NCBI GenBank assembly: GCA_003707115.1
Contig: PPNB01000004.1
Span: 434,001 to 498,000 of the forward strand
Source of the DNA: Tortispora ganteri
Taxonomy: Eukaryota
Direction: 5' to 3'
DNA: 64,000 nucleotides
The notes beneath the pieces were generated by a model. It made no database searches, was not told where the DNA came from, and saw only the letters and a program-made list of their open reading frames with translations. A program made the translations under genes and the position numbers. This document shows positions 56,807 through 64,000 of this stretch, piece by piece (within the stretch, counting starts at the first letter, position 1; each line of letters starts with the position of its first letter).

Positions 56807-56815
56807 ATGAGTCAT
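56807..56815. promoter_or_regulatory. Perfect Gcn4 response element ATGAGTCAT upstream of GCN4
   Basis: Exact 9-bp optimal site about 550 bp upstream of the GCN4 ATG. Confidence 0.7.
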
Positions 56816-57076
56816 CATTTCCGGGTAATTCGAATTGGCCGGTTTGTAATATTTAACCCCATACCTTTTTCTTTTCTCAATCAGCTTTTCATTCAACACC
56901 AAAAATTTCTTTACACTCTTAGTTTGTGAAATAAGGTCATAAAATTAGTGCAAGACTAATAGATATCACTGTCGGCTTATTATAATTTCAAATCAAGTTC
57001 ATTAGTTATATTTCTTGGACTTTTTTTGGAGTACTGCTTATTCGTTTGTCTTTTTCGCTATAATAGTGCGAACAAC

Positions 57077-57276
57077 ATGCAATGCTAAATATATTTATTT
57101 TAGTGTGTTAAACCCATATAAATAAAAAAAGTGAACTTGAACACCTTTTTTTTGTTGAATAGAAAAGAAAAATTTAAAGAGAAAAAAATAAACGCTTGTC
57201 TGTTTTATTTTTTGAAAAATTTCCTGAAGATGTTTTACTCTACTACATTTACAGCACCATGAATATCCTGAACTAA
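57077..57276 (+). promoter_or_regulatory. GCN4 leader uORFs: 57077-57088 (MQC*), 57082-57111 (MLNIFILVC*), 57230-57262 (MFYSTTFTAP*), 57259-57276 (MNILN*)
   Basis: These are the only ATGs between 56821 and the GCN4 start. uORF1 ATG CAA TGC TAA closely matches S. cerevisiae uORF1 ATG GCT TGC TAA. Confidence 0.85.
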
Positions 57277-57362
57277 CTGGTGGGAGTACAAATAAAAATT
57301 TACTATACTTTATCGAGAATAGAAGAACACGAACGAAAAGAAACAAAACAAATCAATTCAAT

Positions 57363-58148
57363 ATGCTACCACCAATTGAGCCCGAAACACTTTTCGCGAA
57401 CGAGGAGCCATTCTCTGGTTCCTCGTTCGATCCTGAGTCAATAATGACCGAAACATTCATTGGTCACCGATTTTTTAAAACTGACGACATGTCACCATCT
57501 GTCACAGTCTCACCAGCAATGCTCTCAACGCCGCAGATGGATTCGAACCCTGGTTCCTCTCTCTTAAGCAGCGCTGGTGTGTCATCGTTTGACTCGCCTA
57601 CGGCAAACATGGCGTTTGACACGCCTATTGTCGATCCGTCTCCCTTAGAGCCAATCGAAATGTGGCAGAGTCTATTCCCAGAATGGAGTGAAGACTCTGA
57701 ACCTAAGCAAGATAAAGATGACGTTACTTCCGAGATTGCTGAGCGCCGGTGTAAATCTACGTCTGATCTGCAAAATGTATTGGATAAACCTGGAGAATTG
57801 GAGACTCCTGATCCTAAAGAATATCTGGAAAGAGTAAAGCGTGAGTCTACGGAACATTTCATTGATTCTGGCGCCGGTGCTAAATCACGCGATTTACCTA
57901 AAAGAAGAAGGGTCACATGTGGAGATGTCTCGTATCAAGTAAGACCTCGACAAGAACCTCTTCCCCCTATATTTATTTCTGATCCTAAGGACTCTGCTGC
58001 GGTGCGACGCGCACGCAACACTGAGGCTGCTCGTAAATCGAGAGCTAGAAAGGCCAATCTAATCACCAGCTTACAAGAGCGTGTTAAAGAATTGGAGGCG
58101 CGTAATGCTGTACTTGAGCAAGAACTAAAAATTCTAAGGAAAGTATAA
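57363..58148 (+). CDS. GCN4: bZIP general amino-acid control activator Gcn4/CpcA
   Basis: Basic region RRARNTEAARKSRARK plus leucine zipper, acidic activation region with WQSLF motif, and a uORF-containing leader. Confidence 0.95.
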   Translation: MLPPIEPETLFANEEPFSGSSFDPESIMTETFIGHRFFKTDDMSPSVTVSPAMLSTPQMDSNPGSSLLSSAGVSSFDSPTANMAFDTPIVDPSPLEPIEMWQSLFPEWSEDSEPKQDKDDVTSEIAERRCKSTSDLQNVLDKPGELETPDPKEYLERVKRESTEHFIDSGAGAKSRDLPKRRRVTCGDVSYQVRPRQEPLPPIFISDPKDSAAVRRARNTEAARKSRARKANLITSLQERVKELEARNAVLEQELKILRKV

Positions 58149-58330
58149 GAAGTATGAATGCATTCATGTGTGCGCATTTCATAAGAAAAGGGCGGCATAA
58201 ATGTCTATTAAGACGGGTTATAGTCTTTTTTCGCCTGCCAGTGAGTTTTGTTTTTTAGTATTATATGCAAATATTTGTTATTTAACGCCTGTAGATATGG
58301 CAACATATTATTTATTATGTTGTGTAATGC

Positions 58331-58894
58331 TTAAGCAGCAGATGATTCATTAGTAGTCGTCGGATCGGTCTTCAGCAGTATTAAAAGAAAATCATTAAAA
58401 GTCATAGAGATAGCCAAAGAGTTGCCAATATATGGGTTATAGCGAGACTCTGGAACACTCTCTTCAGCAAAATTTTTTCTTTTTATATAAACAATGAAGG
58501 AGATTACTTGGAGGAAACATGCGGTGAAATCGAATAAATAGAGAATGATTGTTGAAGTTGTTGCTGACTGGCCTATGAAGTCAATCATTGAAGCGCTGTG
58601 ATGGTAATAGTTTCTATTATTCAGGTTCTTTGAAGTATCGATTTCTATCATATATCGAGATAAAAATCGTGCAGTGTATATTAATAGCACTGATCTCAGA
58701 AATGACTTATCTGACGAAATCGGCATAGTTAACATTAAGTGACCCAAGCCTACTAGACTCAAACGAACTGCAAGCCACACTAAGGAGTGGTCGATATAAT
58801 ATTCAGATATTAATAAGATAGCTATTCCGGCATCTAAAGCCATAGATAAGCGTCGCAGGTATTCCTTTGACTTTATTGCAGTTATGCAGCTCAT
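58331..58894 (-). CDS. DUF1746 (Dsc4/Vld1/Gld1-like) membrane protein
   Basis: EYYIDHS...MIDFIGQ...LFDFTACFLQ pattern; alternative upstream ATG at 59002. Confidence 0.6.
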   Translation of the reverse strand: MSCITAIKSKEYLRRLSMALDAGIAILLISEYYIDHSLVWLAVRLSLVGLGHLMLTMPISSDKSFLRSVLLIYTARFLSRYMIEIDTSKNLNNRNYYHHSASMIDFIGQSATTSTIILYLFDFTACFLQVISFIVYIKRKNFAEESVPESRYNPYIGNSLAISMTFNDFLLILLKTDPTTTNESSAA

Positions 58895-59100
58895 AATGCA
58901 AATATGTGAAGTAGGTTGATTGGTTTGTGTGGTGTTACCGTACTCGCGCTGGGTTCCCAAGCACGGTAGAAGGAAAGTGTGGGGATAAGGTTTGTGCAGC
59001 ATTCCATCTACGTTTGATAATTTAGCCGTGTATTCTCAACTTATATATTTAACCGGTGAACGCAAAGGGGTATATTGTTTTGCGTTTACACTGCTGTACT

Positions 59101-59668
59101 ATGAAGAAAATTATTTATGTATGCGGGCCAGCTGGATGCGGCAAGAGCACTGTTGCAGGAGCACTATCAGAGAAGTATAATGCGGAGTTCATCGAAGCAG
59201 ATTCAGTAAGTACAAAAGTTACATGAAGTTACAGGCGTTCTATTGAGGCTAACAGGAATGCAGGTTCATTCAAAAGAGAATGTTGAAAAAATGAGTAATG
59301 GCATTCCTTTAACCGATGAAGACAGGTATCCCTGGTTGGACACGTTGCAGAAACTGGCATCGAAAACCGCAGGCTCGCATGTAGTGCTCACCTGCTCTGC
59401 CTTGAAGAAGAAGTATAGAAATATACTCCGGCAAAGCAATAGTGCAGATACTAAAGTGCATTTTATCTTTTTAAAACTTACGAGGGATCAATTAATAACA
59501 CGCGTACGACAGCGCCCTAACCATTACATGAAGGACTCGATGGTAGACAGTCAGTTGGCCGACCTAGAGTCGCCAGCAGCAGATGAACTTGATGTTAGTG
59601 TTATTGACGCTTCTGTTCCTATAAAAGAGGTGATTTCTGCGGCTATATCTGCAGTTAGTGGTATTTAG
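59101..59668 (+). CDS. Gluconokinase, 2 exons (59101-59205 and 59264-59668; 169 aa)
   Basis: Exon 1 carries the P-loop CGPAGCGKST...FIEADS; exon 2 carries VHSKENVEKMSNGIPLTDEDRYPWL, CSALKKKYR and HYMKDSMVDSQ. Confidence 0.93.
59206..59263 (+). other. Spliceosomal intron of gluconokinase (58 nt)
   Basis: Donor GTAAGT, branch GCTAAC (59248-59253), acceptor CAG; phase 0 restores the frame. Confidence 0.9.
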
Positions 59669-59853
59669 ACAAATTTCAATGACTCACCGAGCAATTTATA
59701 ACTGACGTTCTAAAGGCCTCCTGAACGCCTCTATGTACCGTATGCACCACAACCTTAGGTCTGTGAATCGCGTCAAACTTTACCTTCACCTCCACTCACC
59801 CTTGATGAGTCAACGATGATCTAGAGACTACATAATTGCATAAACAAATTAAA

Positions 59854-61476
59854 ATGACTCGCGTAAATTTAGAAGGTTTCCACTACGCACAAATATCAGT
59901 AATCGCTATATGCCGATTCGCTGAACCAATAGCACTCGTTTCAGTGCTGCCCTATCTCTACTTCATGATTCAGTCATTTCTACCTGAAGGAACTAATGAA
60001 GCAGAAATATCAAAATATGCAGGCTGGGTAGCAACATCATTCTCAGCTGCTCAAATTCTTACCGGAATAGTATGGGGAAGAATCTCTGATATAATCGGCA
60101 GAAAGCCTGTCATGTTTTTAGGTATGGTTGGCACGCTTATTACTTCCTTAATGTTCGGTTTCTCTACTTCTCTGACGCAAGCTTTGATATCAAGGGCTTT
60201 AGCTGGTCTTTTGAATGGAAACGTTTCGGTAGTAAGAACTTTATTAGCTGAGAACGCTCCTAAGAAAGAGCACCAGGCTCTAGCCTTCTCGGTTATGCCT
60301 CTCATGTTTCAGTTTGGTTCCGTTATAGGCCCCATACTCGGCGGATCTCTCGCAAACCCATCTAAGACTATACCAAATACTTGGTTCGGCTCGTCAGAAT
60401 TTTTTAAGAAATACCCATGGGCTTTGCCAAATATATTTGTTGCTTTTCTAATGCTATTTTCGATAATCATATTGCTCTTATTTCTCGATGAAACACACAT
60501 CCACCTTAAAGATCGTCGTGACCCGTTTCGCGATTTTGGCCGCCGTATTAGTAGGACTCTCTTGTTCTCAAACTGTATTCTTGAAGAACTAGAAGAGCAA
60601 ACAGAAAGCTTGCTGGAAGAAGTGATTGAAGGCTTTGAAGAAGAGGAAGAATATCATAATGAATCATCTCCTCTAATATCCCCTATCCCTGCTAGGAGGT
60701 TCAGCTCACGATCATTACGCAGAATTTCATCATCAGGGAGCAGATTTTCCGAAGAAATCTGTTTCCCTGTAGAAGCAAATCTGTCAAATGTGCAAGCTCC
60801 TGGTCGATCATCTGTTCCATGGAACGAAGTGTTTAATGTTCAAGTTTGCCATCAACTAATCTCGTACATGATTCTTTGCTTTAATACAATGGGGTTTGAC
60901 TTCCTAATTCCTCTTCTTCTTTCGCAAACACAAAGTACGAGCACTAATCATCATTTCCCATTTTCGCAAGGCGGATTAGGCATGGATGCGTCTACTGTTG
61001 GCAAGTGCTTATCTGCATCTGGTCTTGCTGGTATGGCTATTATGGCGCTAGCTTTCCCTACGTTAGATGCACTTATTGGATCATACAGACTATATATCTT
61101 GTGTCTATGGCTTCTCCCTATTGCTTATATTGCGCCTCCATTTCTTTTGTATCTGAACCTGAATCAGATCTCTAATTGGCTTCTGACAATTACAGTGCTA
61201 TTAATACTGTTCTCTAAAGTCACGTTTTCCACGCTAGCATTTCCTGAAAATATGCTTCTTCTAAACAGAGCATCTACTTTGCCTGAATTTCTTGGTACTA
61301 TAAATGGTGTTGCTCAAGTATGTGCATCGATTTCCAGGGCTCTTGTACCCATCATATCTGGATCGATCTCGGCTTACGGCCAAAAACATTCATTAGCAGG
61401 CCTTCCCTGGTACATGCTTACCATTGTTTCACTTTTTGGCTCTTTACAAACAATATTTTTGTCCGATCCAATCTAG
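59854..61476 (+). CDS. MFS transporter (YCR023C/ZIFL-like)
   Basis: CRFAEPIA...LPYLYFMI, motif A WGRISDIIGRKP, RALAGLLNGNV and GSVIGPILGGSLANP. Confidence 0.9.
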   Translation: MTRVNLEGFHYAQISVIAICRFAEPIALVSVLPYLYFMIQSFLPEGTNEAEISKYAGWVATSFSAAQILTGIVWGRISDIIGRKPVMFLGMVGTLITSLMFGFSTSLTQALISRALAGLLNGNVSVVRTLLAENAPKKEHQALAFSVMPLMFQFGSVIGPILGGSLANPSKTIPNTWFGSSEFFKKYPWALPNIFVAFLMLFSIIILLLFLDETHIHLKDRRDPFRDFGRRISRTLLFSNCILEELEEQTESLLEEVIEGFEEEEEYHNESSPLISPIPARRFSSRSLRRISSSGSRFSEEICFPVEANLSNVQAPGRSSVPWNEVFNVQVCHQLISYMILCFNTMGFDFLIPLLLSQTQSTSTNHHFPFSQGGLGMDASTVGKCLSASGLAGMAIMALAFPTLDALIGSYRLYILCLWLLPIAYIAPPFLLYLNLNQISNWLLTITVLLILFSKVTFSTLAFPENMLLLNRASTLPEFLGTINGVAQVCASISRALVPIISGSISAYGQKHSLAGLPWYMLTIVSLFGSLQTIFLSDPI

Positions 61477-61791
61477 ATTATATAAGTCGTTGCATTACTT
61501 TCTCACCTTTGGTTTTAATCATTAGATGCACCCATATTATCACGTTTCGGCTCTCCCAAATGGTCCCGCCAAGCCGTCCCCACAATCCGCCAAGTTTTCC
61601 TATTACACCACCATATCAAATACGATCATTACGATTTGTTCTATTCTGCTTTTTGCGGCGTTTGGTTGTTTTATATTTGCTAGTACATTTGCAGATTTTA
61701 TTTTGCTTTCAATATTTTTCTGTGTGCAATAACTGTCGTGCTCTATTGCTGGTTTTATCGTGTAATCTATACCGCTGCAAATCCCGCAGAA

Positions 61792-63549
61792 ATGGTCAGA
61801 AAACTGCGGGACCGTCCTTCACAGTCTGCGATTCAATCGTTCTGTACTGGAATAGCGTTACCCCCGGGAATAATTGAACTTCCTTCTACCACTATAACTA
61901 TTGGTCCGAGTGGCACTTTTGTCGCTGATTGTAATAGTGCCTCTTCTACCGGATTCCGTGATATTGCAGAACAAATTAACGTCGACCCTTTCTACGCTAG
62001 CGCTATCCCTGTCGCTTATGCATTATCAGGTATGACTGTTTTGGCCTGGATTATGTTTTTACTACTTCTCGTTACTCCTAGACGCCGGCCGTGGCTCCAG
62101 CAGTTTGTATCGCTTTTCACCGCCGTATCACTGTCGGTGGCAGTAGCTATGAGCTCATCCATCCTTGAAGAACAATACGTGGAAGGATATCTTCGTGTCT
62201 CAGAGCTATACGATGTTATAGGTGATGGTACTACGATATCTATATTAAGAATCGTATCTAGTGCTCTAATATTCTTTGCGCAGGTGCAAACGCTACTGCG
62301 CCTATGCCCGCGATATCGCGAAAGAATGCTTATTAAATGGATTGGTCTTTTCTTAATTATCATTGCCACTACATTTAATACTCTTGATACTTTTTTGGTC
62401 GATGATTCAGATGAGAGCTTTGTTGATGCCCTTCCAGCGCTTGCATACCTCTTTCAAATAACTATCTCTGTCTTATATGCTGTTTGCGTATTTTATTATG
62501 CATTCAGCAAGCGCCGATTTCTCATTTACAACTTCTCGATTCTATTCCTATCGATGCTTGCCCTTATTGCTGTTCTAATCCCGGTGGTATTCTTTACAGT
62601 TGATCTGGTAAGAAACTACATATACCTTTGGGGTGACTATGTCCGCTGGGTCGGTGCTGTCGCCGCCACTGTCATAGTCTGGGAACTATGTGACCGGATA
62701 GAAAAGGTAGAAAAGAAAAAGCAAAATGATGGAGTACTGGGGCGCCCTATGTATGATGATGATGACAAACATTACGATCTAAAACCAAAACGAAGCAGCT
62801 CAGTTAGACCTGATTGCAATGATTCCAACTGGCATATGACGTTTCCTATGCAAGATTTGGACAATATCAGCTTGAAAGGCAAGGTAAAACAGCTTGGTAC
62901 TTTTATCATGACTGGAAGGCGAACAGGAAGCCCGATCCATAGACAAGAAATTGTGCGGTCGCCAACGCTATCCAGGAACGATATAAATTTAGCACCTATG
63001 GCTAGTTTTACACAGCAGAACTCCTCTCAGTGTGATCACTCATTCTCGGCGCGTGGCTCTCCTGTAGCAATTGATGGCACTATATCTCGACACTCGGCTT
63101 CTCCAGATATCGAACAAGAACACTCACCAACTGTGAAGCGCCAAAATATATGGCGAACCATAGTGCACAGATACAAACGAGATGATTCAACCGCGAGAGA
63201 TGACGAAATTATGAAGCATCATGTGTACCCTATAAAGTACGGCTCTAATAGTAATGAGGTACAGATACCGGCAAGTGTCGGTAAGCCTCAGAGAGCCGCA
63301 TCTGCTGATGACGCATCTCGGCTTCGTTCGCCGCCGCCCACTATCCAATCTCCAGAAAGAGCTATAACGCGTGGTACTTTTGCTGCGTGCTCAAGGCCTG
63401 TTGGTGATGATGACTTATATCACTATGACGGCGTCAATTCGGAATCTGCTGCTCCTGGATACAGTAATCTAGGAAGTTCTTCAACTGCAGGGGAATTTCA
63501 ACCCCTGCCTGGATTCCATCCAGATGATTATCACGACGACAAAAGATAA
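61792..63549 (+). CDS. RIM21: PalH/Rim21-family 7-TM ambient-pH sensor
   Basis: DPFYASAIP...WI...RRPWLQ, AQVQTLLRL.PR.RE...IKWIG and W.RWVGAVAATVIVWE...DGVLGR, plus a long cytosolic tail. Rim21 vs Dfg16 is not resolved. Confidence 0.85.
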   Translation: MVRKLRDRPSQSAIQSFCTGIALPPGIIELPSTTITIGPSGTFVADCNSASSTGFRDIAEQINVDPFYASAIPVAYALSGMTVLAWIMFLLLLVTPRRRPWLQQFVSLFTAVSLSVAVAMSSSILEEQYVEGYLRVSELYDVIGDGTTISILRIVSSALIFFAQVQTLLRLCPRYRERMLIKWIGLFLIIIATTFNTLDTFLVDDSDESFVDALPALAYLFQITISVLYAVCVFYYAFSKRRFLIYNFSILFLSMLALIAVLIPVVFFTVDLVRNYIYLWGDYVRWVGAVAATVIVWELCDRIEKVEKKKQNDGVLGRPMYDDDDKHYDLKPKRSSSVRPDCNDSNWHMTFPMQDLDNISLKGKVKQLGTFIMTGRRTGSPIHRQEIVRSPTLSRNDINLAPMASFTQQNSSQCDHSFSARGSPVAIDGTISRHSASPDIEQEHSPTVKRQNIWRTIVHRYKRDDSTARDDEIMKHHVYPIKYGSNSNEVQIPASVGKPQRAASADDASRLRSPPPTIQSPERAITRGTFAACSRPVGDDDLYHYDGVNSESAAPGYSNLGSSSTAGEFQPLPGFHPDDYHDDKR

Positions 63550-63701
63550 CTAAAGGAAATGATTTAATATAAGAGACGGAATTGGAATAGGATATATTGT
63601 GTAGCTAGCTTGCTCTACACCTTACCCATATATATAGTTTGTACTAGTTAGAGCCGCACACCTCCCGCTAAGCAAGAGACATCTCATATTGTAGAAAGCA
63701 A

Positions 63702-64000
63702 ATGTCTCTGACGAACCAATATATCAATTTTGACAGACTACTGTCTGATAATTTTAATCCATCGACATACGCGAACATTTTCGTATTGGAAACACACACA
63801 GAAAGCGATGACACGGTAGATTTGGGGCCTGCAAAGACTAAGGCTAACTTTGAATTAGATGAAGTCAACATTATGTTGTCGGAAAGAACGAACGCCCACT
63901 CTAGGGATATTTTGAAATTTGTTGATTCTGTCAACCAATTGTCTATTAAAAGAGATAGTCTTAAAGAAAAAGTGAACTATGTATCTACATCTTATCAAAG
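63702..64000 (+). CDS. COG5: Conserved oligomeric Golgi complex subunit 5, 5' part (runs off the window)
   Basis: Open frame not in the ORF track, MSLTNQYINFDRLLSDNFNPSTYANIFVLETH...VDL...FELDEVN, resembling the fungal Cog5 N-terminus. Confidence 0.7.
   Translation, partial: MSLTNQYINFDRLLSDNFNPSTYANIFVLETHTESDDTVDLGPAKTKANFELDEVNIMLSERTNAHSRDILKFVDSVNQLSIKRDSLKEKVNYVSTSYQ

Noticed and set aside
57228..57362. Non-AUG N-terminal extension of Gcn4 (as in Neurospora cpc-1)
   Set aside because: An in-frame TGA at 57225-57227 limits the frame to 45 codons, so it cannot bypass the distal uORFs.
63668..63934. 88-aa minus-strand ORF
   Set aside because: Antisense shadow of the COG5-like frame starting at 63702.

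Overview
This is a gene-dense fungal nuclear window that looks like an early-diverging budding yeast (Saccharomycotina). It uses the standard genetic code: CTG sits at invariant Leu positions of the AAA domain. It has only two clear introns, both short (56 and 58 nt; GTAAGT...CTAAC...YAG). I find about 37 protein-coding genes, mostly conserved housekeeping ones: a Zn-ADH, a Yta6/Sap1-type AAA ATPase, MRPS17, mitoferrin, an Ariadne E3, two GPI cell-wall proteins, TPS1, a Prx5 peroxiredoxin, PAN1, RPB11, a nitronate monooxygenase, BRN1, a cation/Ca exchanger, a DUF2470 protein, a butanediol-dehydrogenase-like enzyme, FIG1, VMA22, RIB7, DIP5, CTF18, UBP14, a dienoyl-CoA isomerase, SRAP/HMCES, BNA6, an F-box protein, ARO80, MGR3, ORC3, GCN4, a DUF1746 protein, gluconokinase, an MFS transporter, PalH/RIM21, a partial COG5 and two orphans. 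I can support no rRNA, tRNA, transposon or CRISPR array, and I cannot demonstrate a wholly new biological system. The most interesting signals are regulatory. (1) The GCN4 leader has four uORFs arranged as two overlapping pairs, there is a perfect Gcn4 site upstream of GCN4 itself, and two more sit in front of a nearby MFS gene. (2) Tandem PacC/Rim101 sites lie upstream of the pH sensor PalH/RIM21. (3) Two proteins end in Asn-containing PTS1-like tripeptides (SNL, PNL). (4) The BDH-like promoter is packed with palindromes. (5) Telobox-like motifs recur in promoters. (6) SRAP and BNA6 are head-to-head with a 58-bp gap. (7) There is an unexplained, possibly spliced leader with a Cys-rich frame upstream of mitoferrin. 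Family assignments come from remembered motifs, not database searches. Several starts were moved from the ORF track's TTG/GTG to the first plausible ATG.
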